A DNA stretch of 41,039 nt, taken from sequence record NC_093712.1. The stretch is one strand, 5' to 3'. Below are positions 1-8,975 of the stretch, piece after piece. The notes under the pieces are model-generated. The model was given only the letters and a program-made list of their open reading frames with translations, had not been told where the DNA came from and did no database searches. Source of the DNA: a phage. The translations under genes and the position numbers were made by a program. The first letter of the stretch is position 1. Every line of letters starts with the position of its first letter.

Positions 1-121
1 CGTCTTCATCTTTAAGCGCGTCGAAGTCGTCGGTGACATCAGTATCATCGCCAATCTCGCCCAGGTAGACGCGCACCGGCACGCCGTCCGGGATACGGTT
101 AACGACAAACTCCATCGGCAT
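1..121 (-). CDS. tail assembly protein, lambda gpI-like (N-terminal 40 codons only; continues past window start)
   Basis: Manual translation of minus strand from ATG at 121..119 gives MPMEFVVNRIPDGVPVRVYLGEIGDDTDVTDDFDALKDED with no stop to position 1; sits directly downstream of K-like gene as in lambda M-L-K-I-J order. Confidence 0.35.
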   Translation of the reverse strand, partial: MPMEFVVNRIPDGVPVRVYLGEIGDDTDVTDDFDALKDED

Positions 122-177
122 CCCGACGTGTTTTGTACGGTCGAAAGCTCCATCAGCGTTTCGCGTGTAGTGCAGGA

Positions 178-543
178 TTATCGCCAAAATTCAATCTCCG
201 TGTACGTGTCTCTGAGGTCCGCCAGCCTGTCAAGCCGTACCTGACGTGAGGCAAGCTCGCAATGGCTGACCATCCCGTCGAAGTAAACTCCTGCGTGCCA
301 CACGATACGACCCCCACGGCGATACCCCATAAGCACCGCACAGAAGTTTTCAGGCTTATCAATTTTCGTAAGCCCTTTTGTGTTGCGGTGGCCTTCGTCA
401 AACGCTTCGTTAATTGCCTTCGGGCTTGTAACGTCGAACGCCGGAGTATCTAGCCCGGCATCCGCGCGGACAATGCGCACGTGATGCCAGCAATTGCGCT
501 TGCGAAAGTCGTAAGGTATGCCCGTGTAGTCGTTAATATTCAT
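178..543 (-). CDS. tail assembly protein K-like (NlpC/P60-type peptidase fold)
   Basis: 121 aa; Cys...His...His spacing (RNCWHH, IVWHAGVYFDGMVSHC) typical of NlpC/P60 domain of lambda gpK; ATGA overlap with upstream gene. Confidence 0.65.
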   Translation of the reverse strand: MNINDYTGIPYDFRKRNCWHHVRIVRADAGLDTPAFDVTSPKAINEAFDEGHRNTKGLTKIDKPENFCAVLMGYRRGGRIVWHAGVYFDGMVSHCELASRQVRLDRLADLRDTYTEIEFWR

Positions 544-1055
544 GTGGTCAACAGGCCGCGTAATAACGGTATCTCTTTAGGTGTCATCAGTATACCAGTG
601 CTTCGTTGGTTCAGCATAGGCGTACCAACATCCGCAGAAAACTCGCCTTTCTCCTGGTTGATGGCCTGTAACTCGTACACGACGGGGCCGTCAGCCGGGT
701 AAGACAGGTCGGTGCTGACGTAACGGCGGAATACGAACTTCGGCAACTCAGTATTGCTCATCGGGATTTTATCCATCTCATCGTCCAGTTGATTGAGAAT
801 ATCCGGTAAAGTAAACGTCGTCGTCTGGTCCATATCACTATTGTTAGCGGCCCCCGACGCCTCCATCGGGGTTGGCTCAAACGTGATAGTTTCGCCTGTC
901 TCCAGTGTTGCCGTAAGTTCCTGTAGCCCGCGCACAAGATAGTACGTCTTTGATAGCAACGGGTGGCTGATTTGCAACGTGATGTAGTCCATCTCGCCGT
1001 CCGGGTTAGACGCCAGTTTACGGCGATAGGATGCTTCTACTGATTCCTGGCTCAT
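540..1055 (-). CDS. minor tail protein (gpL position)
   Basis: ORF in conserved position between M-like and K-like genes; ATG at 1055 forms ATGA overlap with stop of upstream gene (track start 1070 is a TTG). Confidence 0.55.
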   Translation of the reverse strand: MSQESVEASYRRKLASNPDGEMDYITLQISHPLLSKTYYLVRGLQELTATLETGETITFEPTPMEASGAANNSDMDQTTTFTLPDILNQLDDEMDKIPMSNTELPKFVFRRYVSTDLSYPADGPVVYELQAINQEKGEFSADVGTPMLNQRSTGILMTPKEIPLLRGLLTT

Positions 1056-1552
1056 TGCATCGGGTCCCAAATTCGTGGAAACGTTGATTGTGCAGTTCCG
1101 TAGGCTTTAAGGAAACACCCCAGCCCGTCACCATAGCAACCGTACAAATCAGGCAGATTGTTAATCAGGCACTGGTTCTCAAGATCCTGGAACGGTGATT
1201 TCTCAGCGGTTGCCGTGAAGGTAATTGTCCAGTTAATCCCGTCTTCGGTAGACTCGGCGATGGTTGACGTGATTGTTACCTGGTAGTCCTCGATACCCAT
1301 GCCGAAGTCGTGCGCCATCCAGAAACTTGACGCACCGCCGTCTACTTTTTCGAGAAACGACAGAAACGCCTGCCGCCCAAGCGCTGATGTAATCAGGGTT
1401 ACGCTTATCGGGAACACGTCGTAATACGTGTCGCGCCCCTGACGTACACCGCCACCAGCTAAATCAACACTCCAGACGTTGTTACGTCTGGTCATTGAGT
1501 AGCCTTTCGATACCACCGGCTTAAGGCTACGTGGGAAATATAAGTCGCTCAT
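1052..1552 (-). CDS. minor tail protein (gpM / distal tail position)
   Basis: 166-aa ORF immediately downstream of tape measure gene, start overlaps TMP stop. Confidence 0.55.
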   Translation of the reverse strand: MSDLYFPRSLKPVVSKGYSMTRRNNVWSVDLAGGGVRQGRDTYYDVFPISVTLITSALGRQAFLSFLEKVDGGASSFWMAHDFGMGIEDYQVTITSTIAESTEDGINWTITFTATAEKSPFQDLENQCLINNLPDLYGCYGDGLGCFLKAYGTAQSTFPRIWDPMQ

Positions 1553-3864
1553 TATTTGAACCCCGGCGCGTTTCTTGTGGCCTTGCGGGCCTTGCTAATC
1601 TTACTGTTGCTGTTCTGCAAAGAGGCCGCCACTTGCTCTTCAATGATGATACGCAAACGGCCTTCATCATCTTGTTCAGTGGATACGTTGCCAATCTGAG
1701 AACTCGTGTTGTTTACGATGGTAACATTAGACGGTCCGGAAGAAGACCCGTTTTGCCCCATAATTTCTTTCATCTGCTGCGCGGTGCGAACACGCGATGC
1801 CCCCGCGGGCATGATAACCTCAGGTTTACCACGTTCGGCGATGGTGGAAGCCTGCCCCGCGGATAACTGACCGCCCTGTTCACGCGCAGATCTGATAGCG
1901 GAAATCTGCGCCATACCCGCCCCAACGGCAGCGGCGGCGGCTACAGGTGCCAGGAACGGACCGACTACAGGGATAGCTGCCGTGGACTTGTACGCCTCAA
2001 TAGCTGCGGTGTATGTGGCTATAGTGGCCTGTACGATAGCGAATGCCTTATACGCACCAGAAGCCTCGCCCAAAGCCGAACCGATGTTTGAGGCCATGTT
2101 ACCAAAGGCGGTTGCCGTCGCGTCGGCGCGTTTCGTGGCGTACTGCTCGTTGATGGCATTAAGCGCGGCCTGGTACTGCTTCTCGCTAATCAGACCCTGT
2201 TCGCGGTACTTATCTGCGACAGCCAGTTTCTGCTGTTCCTGGATGTCGAGAAGCTCAAGCTCGGCGGCGTTCTGCCCCATAATCTGGGCCATGAAGTCAT
2301 CGCCTTTCTGCTGCTTTTCCTGCTGCTCTTTTCTTTTCTTATCCAGTTCTTCCTGTCTGGCCTGCTCGGCTGTGAGCATAATTTGAGTTTTGGCATCTTC
2401 ATACTGCTGCTGGCTTATCGTCCCAGCGCGGTTGAACTCTTCAAGTTTCGCCAGTTTCTGCTCTTCTGCTGCCGTGATACGAGAAATTTCGTCTCCAGTA
2501 GTGCGGTCGACAGTAGCCAGGAAATCTTCCGCCGCTTTTTTCTGCCGTGCGGCTGCAGTTTCTTCGCGTTTGGCTTGTGCCGCCAGACGTTTCTCGTTAG
2601 ATTTAGCCTCGCGGTCCGCCTTCTCTTTCTCGGTCTTGTCAATGCGGGCGATGTCTTGCTGCGCTTCCGCGTCACGGGCGGCATTATACGCGGCTATCTG
2701 TTCTTTGGTGACAGCTTCACGTTTAGCAAACGCCTGCTTATCAAGTTCAGCTTGCGCCCGGATGCGCTCACGGTCGCTTAAGATGGCGATTTGCTGGTTC
2801 TTAACGATAGCTTCGTTCTGTTCCTGGAATCTCTGCGTGGTTGAGTTGACGTTACGACCAAGATTCTTTTGGGCCTCTGCCGCCGCGTTTGCTGACTTCT
2901 CTGCGTTTTCCAGTGCCGTGGCGTTCTTGTTGGCATTATCGGTGAGGCGGATAAGCTCCGGGTTCAACTGTTTTGTGTTACCCAGCCAGTCGGTAAACAC
3001 ATCGGCGATGCGGCGGGCATTCTCCGCGGTTGGCTCTTTGTTAAACGCGCTCTGCGCCGCTATCATCTCCAGCGCCTGGTCACGGTTAACCCCGAACTTA
3101 CTGCTAAGCTCCGCGATATTCTGCGCCAGCATGTTGACGCCTACGATGTTACCCTCGTAAGTGCCGCCTAGTTTTTCTAACGTGTCGCCTACATCCGCAC
3201 CCTTAGAGACCAGTGCATCGTACTGGCTAATCGCCGACGCCGTGGAGGCTTTCCACGTTTCCCATGATTCTGCGTCCTCACGAACAGCTTTAGCTGTTTG
3301 CTGCGCGATAAGGTCCGCGTTAGCCTTAGCCAGAGCAAGCTGAGTCTCTGCCGCTTCTCGGCTTATTTGGGTAAGCTGGATGAGGCCGTCTGTCAGTTCA
3401 AGAGAGCCGGACGCCGTTTGCTGGAAGGTGTCTTTTAACTGTTTCTGCGCGGCTTCGAGGTCTTTTGAACTCCCTTCCGCCTCTGTTAGCGATTTGTACA
3501 GGACGCCGCCGATTGCGGACGCGAGGGCAATTACCGCTCCCAGTACGGCGCCCCCCGGGCCGAAGGCACCCGCAAGCTGCGAACCTTGCTGACCGATTGC
3601 TACGAATGCGGACGTACCGGACTGCAACTGGACAACCATGTCCTGCACCTGGAAGCCCACCTGCCCGGCGGCGTTACGGAACTTAGCGAAACCGTCAGAG
3701 GCCGCTTTAGAGGTAGCTGTGTTAACCTTATTAACATCCGGGGTCAGCTTGTTTACCGCGGTATCTGCACGGTCTGCGGACGACGCCATAGCGTCAAGCT
3801 GTTTGGCGGCTACGTCAGCGCCTTCTGTTTTTACTCTGGCAATTAGGGAAGCCGTATCAGCCAT
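1552..3864 (-). CDS. tail tape measure protein
   Basis: ~770 aa, Ala/Gln/Glu/Lys-rich coiled-coil-like composition, Gly/Ala-rich hydrophobic segment near C-terminus, located after tail chaperone genes; ATG at 3864 preceded by GAGGG (track start 3879 is TTG). Confidence 0.85.
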   Translation of the reverse strand: MADTASLIARVKTEGADVAAKQLDAMASSADRADTAVNKLTPDVNKVNTATSKAASDGFAKFRNAAGQVGFQVQDMVVQLQSGTSAFVAIGQQGSQLAGAFGPGGAVLGAVIALASAIGGVLYKSLTEAEGSSKDLEAAQKQLKDTFQQTASGSLELTDGLIQLTQISREAAETQLALAKANADLIAQQTAKAVREDAESWETWKASTASAISQYDALVSKGADVGDTLEKLGGTYEGNIVGVNMLAQNIAELSSKFGVNRDQALEMIAAQSAFNKEPTAENARRIADVFTDWLGNTKQLNPELIRLTDNANKNATALENAEKSANAAAEAQKNLGRNVNSTTQRFQEQNEAIVKNQQIAILSDRERIRAQAELDKQAFAKREAVTKEQIAAYNAARDAEAQQDIARIDKTEKEKADREAKSNEKRLAAQAKREETAAARQKKAAEDFLATVDRTTGDEISRITAAEEQKLAKLEEFNRAGTISQQQYEDAKTQIMLTAEQARQEELDKKRKEQQEKQQKGDDFMAQIMGQNAAELELLDIQEQQKLAVADKYREQGLISEKQYQAALNAINEQYATKRADATATAFGNMASNIGSALGEASGAYKAFAIVQATIATYTAAIEAYKSTAAIPVVGPFLAPVAAAAAVGAGMAQISAIRSAREQGGQLSAGQASTIAERGKPEVIMPAGASRVRTAQQMKEIMGQNGSSSGPSNVTIVNNTSSQIGNVSTEQDDEGRLRIIIEEQVAASLQNSNSKISKARKATRNAPGFK

Positions 3865-4237
3865 CTTCTCTGCCCTCAAATATTCCGTCTAAGCCCATGA
3901 TAACCTCGGCTTCGAACAAACTTATGCCGTAACCGGCGACATCACGAAACGCTACCAAATCATGCCATTTGAGCGCATCGCGCGGGATTATAACGATAGT
4001 ATCATCTGTTTCGCGCTGTAGGAATTTAATGGCACGGTATTTCTCGAACACGTCGATAAGAGAAACGGGGCATTCTGGCCCCGTCGTTTCTTTCATCTGC
4101 GGTTCTTTAATCACGCCCATTGCAATCAAAGCCGCCTGGTGCCCCGCCGCGATGTCGTCGAATTGCTTACGCTTGTGACGGTCAACAAAGCACCATTGCG
4201 CAAATTCATACAGCGCTTTTACTTTTCCGAGAGTTTC
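3857..4237 (-). CDS. tail assembly chaperone, -1 frame extension (T part of a G/GT-like pair)
   Basis: Frame -1 relative to 4219..4635 is open from 4237; overlaps end of G-like ORF at GGAAAAGTAA; classic position between major tail and tape measure genes. Confidence 0.45.
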   Translation of the reverse strand, partial: ETLGKVKALYEFAQWCFVDRHKRKQFDDIAAGHQAALIAMGVIKEPQMKETTGPECPVSLIDVFEKYRAIKFLQRETDDTIVIIPRDALKWHDLVAFRDVAGYGISLFEAEVIMGLDGIFEGREDG

Positions 4238-4635
4238 TCACGACTGTCGGTGTGATGCTTAACTACGGCCTCCGCCAGCCCACTGTACTGGTCGAACAGG
4301 TTAGCCAGCGCCTCTTTGCTGAACGGTTCGTCGAATGACCAACCGGTGACGATTTCCACGGCAAGCTGCTTGTTCAGGTCCATCACCCGCCAGCCCTTCT
4401 CATCGTTATAGCGCGCCCAGTTATTCAGTGCCTCACACTCTTTATCTAATGGTGCAAGTTCTTCCGTAAGGCGTCGAATTGCCGTTGTGTAGGCGCGGCC
4501 TGCGCGAACGCCAGCATCACAATCTGGGCCAATGACCTGCAACCATTCACCGGAGTCTTTACCACTCGGCAGAAGGATAGGCATTTTAGTGCCTACAGCA
4601 TGGCGGTCAGCAAAATAAAAATCAGAAAGTTTCAT
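4219..4635 (-). CDS. tail assembly chaperone (gpG-like)
   Basis: 138-aa ORF upstream of tape measure, RBS AAAGGA before ATG; overlapping -1 frame ORF downstream. Confidence 0.6.
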   Translation of the reverse strand: MKLSDFYFADRHAVGTKMPILLPSGKDSGEWLQVIGPDCDAGVRAGRAYTTAIRRLTEELAPLDKECEALNNWARYNDEKGWRVMDLNKQLAVEIVTGWSFDEPFSKEALANLFDQYSGLAEAVVKHHTDSREKLSEK

Positions 4636-4742
4636 TCTTTAGTCCTTTGGTTAAGAGGTTACAGGTTAAGGTTGACGCGCCAGACGGGAACCACCCGCTT
4701 TTCGTGTGCGACACTAGGCGCAAACTTATTCTAGCACACTAC

Positions 4743-4772
4743 TTGCACACCCCAATATAATAGGGTACTATT
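4743..4772 (+). promoter_or_regulatory. sigma70-like promoter (TTGCAC-17-TACTAT) with operator AATAG-N4-CTATT at 4759-4772; drives plus-strand accessory island
   Basis: Motif CTTGCACACCCCAAyATAATAGGrTACTATTCAC also found upstream of genes at 24188..24153 and 22701..22667 (minus strand); followed by RBS GAGGAA and ATG at 4800. Confidence 0.5.
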
Positions 4773-4799
4773 CACCTGTAACTTACTGAGGAAATAATT

Positions 4800-5126
4800 A
4801 TGCGTAAATTAGTGTTAGCTCTTGGTTTTATGTCTTTTGCTACTTTTGGGTCTCCGTGTGAACAGGTGTTTAGTGAATCCGTTCTTATGACTTCTGGTGT
4901 GCTTGATAGAGCCGACCCTACTATTGTAAAGGCATTTAAGGACTCTACCGTTCGCGAGTGTGAGGCAGCCGTAGAGGTTGGTAAATCGGGCCTGCCTCCG
5001 CAAGCCGTAACATACACGGTAATACGTTCTGTAGAGAAAAACGGAGACGCGTTTTACAGCCTACTGACCGCCACCCGCCTGCAAATGGTAATGACTGGGT
5101 GGGCAATAGGCGCAGAAAGTAAATAG
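4800..5126 (+). CDS. small secreted or membrane-anchored protein (N-terminal signal peptide); possible superinfection-exclusion type protein
   Basis: 108 aa, hydrophobic N-terminus MRKLVLALGFMSFATFGSPC; first gene of opposite-strand island; good RBS. Confidence 0.55.
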   Translation: MRKLVLALGFMSFATFGSPCEQVFSESVLMTSGVLDRADPTIVKAFKDSTVRECEAAVEVGKSGLPPQAVTYTVIRSVEKNGDAFYSLLTATRLQMVMTGWAIGAESK

Positions 5127-5191
5127 TCGCCTTTATTTAAAGGAATGCACTGTGGTTAAATAGGACAAATCCTAAACACGAGGAAGTAAGC

Positions 5192-6322
5192 ATGGCCCAG
5201 AAGAAAATAACCGACGAACAGTTACAGGAAGAATTGAACGCCGGGATGAAGAATGTAGACATCGCCCGTAAATACGGCATCTCAGACCGCGTTATTCGTA
5301 TCCGTAAAGCGAAGCTGGCTAAGAAAGGTGTAGGCCACGGGCGCGATGTTAGCCACCTTGTACCGGACGGCTACAAGATTAAAGGAACGTCGTCACTTGT
5401 GGACGAGTTCGGCAACACTAAGTTGCAATGGGTTAAGACTGACACTGATGCCGAACGGCAAGTTGAATTGATGAAAGCCGTGATTGAAGGCATGAAGTCA
5501 GAGATTACGCCAGTTGCGCCTGTTAAAGCGACTCGGGCCAAACGTGACGACAAGCTGCTCAATCTTTACACTGTATCTGATTTCCATCTCGGTATGCTGG
5601 CCTGGGCCGACGAGAGCGGCGACGACTGGGATATGAAGATTGCGGAAGACCTGTTCTCCCGTTGGTTTGATGCCGCGTTTCAGAAAGCGCCTGACGCCGG
5701 AACAGGAGTTATTAACCTGCTGGGCGACCTTGCGCACTTCGATAGTCTGGACGCCGTTACCCCCGCAAGTGGTCATGTTCTTGATGCGGACACGCGCTAT
5801 CAGAAACTGGTACGCTACATGATTCGTATGGTACGTCGTGTTGTCGATATGGCCCTCGCTAAGCATAAAACTGTTCGCTTGCTTATCGTGCAAGGGAACC
5901 ACGACGAAAGCGGAATGATTTGGTTAGCTGAGATGTTCAGCACGCTATATGACAATGAGCCGCGTGTGTTCGTCGATACGTCTCCAGATGTTTACAAGAT
6001 GGTGCAACACGGCAAAACGACATTGTTCTTTCACCACGGGCATAAAGCACGCTTCGACGCTATCGAACCGGTTATGGTTGCCAAGTTCCGCAAAGCGTTC
6101 GGCGAGAGCGTTTATAGCTACGCCCACGTGGGTCACCTGCACCACCAAAAGATTGTAGAAAGCCGTAACATGATTGTTGAGCAACACCGCACTCTCGCGG
6201 CTAAAGATGCATATGCCTCCCGCGGTGGGTGGATGTCGGGCCGCAGTGCAAATGTAATTACTTATAGCGCCGAATATGGTGAGGTCGCACGTTTAACTAT
6301 TTCACCGGAGATGCTGGGATGA
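5192..6322 (+). CDS. calcineurin-like metallophosphoesterase with N-terminal helix-turn-helix
   Basis: Motifs SDFHLG, GDLAHFD, GNHDE, GHLHH in correct order for binuclear metallophosphoesterase; N-terminal NVDIARKYGISDRVIRIRK resembles HTH. Confidence 0.7.
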   Translation: MAQKKITDEQLQEELNAGMKNVDIARKYGISDRVIRIRKAKLAKKGVGHGRDVSHLVPDGYKIKGTSSLVDEFGNTKLQWVKTDTDAERQVELMKAVIEGMKSEITPVAPVKATRAKRDDKLLNLYTVSDFHLGMLAWADESGDDWDMKIAEDLFSRWFDAAFQKAPDAGTGVINLLGDLAHFDSLDAVTPASGHVLDADTRYQKLVRYMIRMVRRVVDMALAKHKTVRLLIVQGNHDESGMIWLAEMFSTLYDNEPRVFVDTSPDVYKMVQHGKTTLFFHHGHKARFDAIEPVMVAKFRKAFGESVYSYAHVGHLHHQKIVESRNMIVEQHRTLAAKDAYASRGGWMSGRSANVITYSAEYGEVARLTISPEMLG

Positions 6323-6807
6323 AAGATATTGTGATTTTCGATTTAGATGGAACACTGGCGGATGGTACTCATCGTTTACATCTGCTGCCGAAAGATAACT
6401 ACGGCGAAACCTGGGCGTGGAAGCCTTTTAACATGGCCTGTAAAGATGATGCGCCGATATATGACAACATTCACTTGTGCAACACACTGTGGCATACCGG
6501 GATGATCGTAATCATCCTTACCGGGCGCAGTGATGATGCTGAGGATGAGACTCGTAAATGGTTGCGAGAAAATAACGTTAAGTTTGACACGCTGATAATG
6601 CGCAGCAAACACGACAACAGAAAAGACATCGTAATTAAAGAAGAGGTGTTGCGTGCTATTGGGCCGGAGAGAATCTTGTGTGCATTCGACGACTCTCCAG
6701 CGGTAATAAAGCATTTCCGCGGACTCGGTATAACCACTCACGCGGTTACTGAATACGACTGTAAAGGGAACTCTACTCACTTAAAACCACACGGGAGCGA
6801 TAAATAA
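6319..6807 (+). CDS. HAD-superfamily phosphatase, T4 Pnkp 3'-phosphatase-domain-like
   Basis: DxDGT motif (VIFDLDGTLADG), ILTGRSDD, TRKWL, RKDIVIKEE and FDDSPAVI align by eye with the T4 polynucleotide kinase-phosphatase C-terminal domain; ATGA coupling to upstream gene. Confidence 0.7.
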   Translation: MKDIVIFDLDGTLADGTHRLHLLPKDNYGETWAWKPFNMACKDDAPIYDNIHLCNTLWHTGMIVIILTGRSDDAEDETRKWLRENNVKFDTLIMRSKHDNRKDIVIKEEVLRAIGPERILCAFDDSPAVIKHFRGLGITTHAVTEYDCKGNSTHLKPHGSDK

Positions 6808-7361
6808 TGGCTAAGGTAATTATTCTTAATGGTCCTGCTGGTTGCGGGAAAGACACTCTTGCTATGGCGTTGGTAGAAATGGGCTTTGCAAAAGGAACTG
6901 CCAGTTTCAAGAATCCGATGTTCAATATTGCTATGGCTGCGTTAGGCCAGGATGCTTACCGCGAGTTTCTCGACGGCTACGACGACCGGGCGCGGAAAGA
7001 AAAGCCAGAGGGTTTCCTTAACGGGTTGTCTCGGCGTCAGTTCATGATTGCCATTTCCGAGCAATTCATTAAACCGGTATTCGGTGATGATTATTTCGGT
7101 AAGTATCTTGCCGGAAACTTGCCCGACGGCGACGAAGTTTTTGTGGTGTCTGATGGCGGGTTCGCCAGCGAAGTAGCCCCTATCGTTGCCGCAGGGCATG
7201 ATGTGAGAATCGTCCGCTTGCACAGAGACGGCCATACGTTTGAAGGGGACAGCCGCGGTTACCTGTACGATATTGATGGTGTAAAAGATTATGACACCCA
7301 CATCATACCGGGTTACGTTAAATCGAACGCTATAGGTATTGCTTTAATATTAGGTTTGTAA
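6807..7361 (+). CDS. P-loop nucleotide kinase, T4 gp1 dNMP kinase-like
   Basis: Walker A GPAGCGKDT; further blocks (AMAALG, RRQFMIAIS, VVSDGGF, DVRIVRLHRDG) resemble T4 deoxynucleoside monophosphate kinase as recalled. Confidence 0.65.
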   Translation: MAKVIILNGPAGCGKDTLAMALVEMGFAKGTASFKNPMFNIAMAALGQDAYREFLDGYDDRARKEKPEGFLNGLSRRQFMIAISEQFIKPVFGDDYFGKYLAGNLPDGDEVFVVSDGGFASEVAPIVAAGHDVRIVRLHRDGHTFEGDSRGYLYDIDGVKDYDTHIIPGYVKSNAIGIALILGL

Positions 7362-7363
7362 GA

Positions 7364-7390
7364 AAAAGGCCCCGAAAGGGGCCTTAGTTT
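7364..7390. terminator. bidirectional rho-independent terminator
   Basis: AGGCCCC-GAAA-GGGGCCT hairpin flanked by A-run upstream and T-rich downstream; lies between convergent kinase and major tail genes. Confidence 0.75.
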
Positions 7391-8556
7391 TATGCGTAGG
7401 TGATGCGCTGAATAACAATAGACGACTGGTACTGGTTACCAGTAGCCTGGCCTTCGATGGACTGAGTGATTGACTCAGGCCCGCCAATCTCAGGTGTAAC
7501 CGCGGTAAGTTCTGCACGTTTCAAGCTGAAAGACATAGCCCCGTTTACCCCCGCCAGAATAGAGTTAATCTCCACCTGCTGCTCGTTGATAAACTTCTGA
7601 ATCATCGCCATGTCGTACAGCTTACCGGAGATGGAGAAGGTGTTAGCTGCTCGGCTACGCTCCACAAACGCTACGTTAGTGTTGCCGAGTTCGAACTGTG
7701 CGGACGCGCTGTTGTCGTTGGTGATGGTCAGGCTGTCGCAACGCAACGGCGTAGAACCGTCGAACACAGAAACATCGACCGAGGAGAATGGCTCGTTACC
7801 AAACGTAACAGAGGAGAAATCAGAACCAGACGGCTGCGTGGTGAGAATCTCCTGACTGCGACCGATGAACGGGAAGCTGCCAGTTACCATAGCGTTAACA
7901 GCCTGTTCGATGGTAAAACCAGAAACTTCCACGCCTTTGGTTAGTGTGTACGCGTCAGTCCCGCCGCACTGGCCTTTGTACCAGGTGAGAATAGAGAACG
8001 TCTTGCACTGGCTTCCCGTTTCCAGTTTATCCCCTGTCTTAGCGGCGGTAGTTACTGTCTCTGTGGTCAGGGTATGCTGGATACCTGCCCCGGTCACTAC
8101 CAGCGCCTCTACTGCAGTTACGATAAACGGTTTTGCGTTGTCACCGGTTAAGTCGGTAAACGCAATCAGGTCGCCCACTTCAACGCCGTCAGAAATAAAG
8201 CTACCTTCGGCACGGGTAAAGGTCTTGCCTGCAGGCGCGACGGTAATTGATAGCCCGGTCAGAGAACTACCGGATCGCCATGTAGAGCCTAAAGCACCCG
8301 CCAGCCAGTCGTCCTGGCTTTTCGAGCTAAGCTCAATAGCGTATTCTCCGCTAACCTGCTTGTTACCGGTGCGGATTGACGTAGTTTCACGGCTGCCGTC
8401 CAGTTCGTTGGAGGTCAGCGTGTCGCGGGTAATGGCAGGAACGCCACCTGTGTTACGCAATGGCGACCAGACCGGGTTAGTCGGTGTTACGCCCGGGGTA
8501 GTTTCTGCCACATAGAATTGCGCAGTATTCGCGCCCTTAAAAGGAGTTGTAGCCAT
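7390..8556 (-). CDS. major tail protein
   Basis: 388 aa, Thr/Ser/Gly-rich beta-type composition, position between tail terminator-like genes and chaperones; RBS AAGAGG before ATG at 8556 (track start 8562 is GTG). Confidence 0.65.
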   Translation of the reverse strand: MATTPFKGANTAQFYVAETTPGVTPTNPVWSPLRNTGGVPAITRDTLTSNELDGSRETTSIRTGNKQVSGEYAIELSSKSQDDWLAGALGSTWRSGSSLTGLSITVAPAGKTFTRAEGSFISDGVEVGDLIAFTDLTGDNAKPFIVTAVEALVVTGAGIQHTLTTETVTTAAKTGDKLETGSQCKTFSILTWYKGQCGGTDAYTLTKGVEVSGFTIEQAVNAMVTGSFPFIGRSQEILTTQPSGSDFSSVTFGNEPFSSVDVSVFDGSTPLRCDSLTITNDNSASAQFELGNTNVAFVERSRAANTFSISGKLYDMAMIQKFINEQQVEINSILAGVNGAMSFSLKRAELTAVTPEIGGPESITQSIEGQATGNQYQSSIVIQRITYA

Positions 8557-8558
8557 AT

Positions 8559-8975
8559 TCACAGCCTCTTGGTGAATGCAATAAAGTTAATTGACAATGG
8601 TCGTTTGGCCCATCCGTTTTCTACAATCAGCGGCCCCAGGCTAACCTCACTCACAACGGCGCAGATGTCGTTACGTGAAAATGACTTACCTGCTTTAAAC
8701 GCCGTGTTAAGTAAGTCTGCCATTTTATTGATCGGCGCGCTACCTTTCACCGATGCGTAGTTAATGTCGACCTGATAAACACCCGCGCGTTGTTCCGTGA
8801 AGAACAAATCTGCTTGCTCCGTATCCGCCAGCAACATGTAACTTGCCAGATACGGCGTATCGGTTGACGTCGGCGCGTCTATGTTTTCAAGCGCGACCTT
8901 AATGCCGTTGGTGGTTCCGAAGGCTACCAGCGGCACATCGAACGCTTTCGTTAAGTCCTCAAAGTAGCCCATCAT
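8559..8975 (-). CDS. tail terminator / tail completion protein (positional call)
   Basis: 138-aa ORF directly upstream of major tail gene, ATGA-coupled. Confidence 0.45.
   Translation of the reverse strand: MMGYFEDLTKAFDVPLVAFGTTNGIKVALENIDAPTSTDTPYLASYMLLADTEQADLFFTEQRAGVYQVDINYASVKGSAPINKMADLLNTAFKAGKSFSRNDICAVVSEVSLGPLIVENGWAKRPLSINFIAFTKRL

Noticed and set aside
153-401. 82-aa minus-strand ORF overlapping the K-like gene in another frame
   Set aside because: Alternative frame of the NlpC/P60-like gene; the latter has recognisable catalytic motifs and coupling to neighbours.
1982-3846. Many plus-strand ORFs (e.g. 1982..2386, 2390..3160, 3161..3343, 3586..3846) inside the tape measure gene
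   Set aside because: Antisense shadow ORFs of a long coding region with repetitive Ala/Ser/Cys-rich translations and no ribosome-binding sites.
7865-8515. 216-aa plus-strand ORF antisense to the major tail gene
   Set aside because: Fully contained within a well-supported minus-strand structural gene; Ser/Val/Pro-rich low-complexity translation typical of shadow frames.
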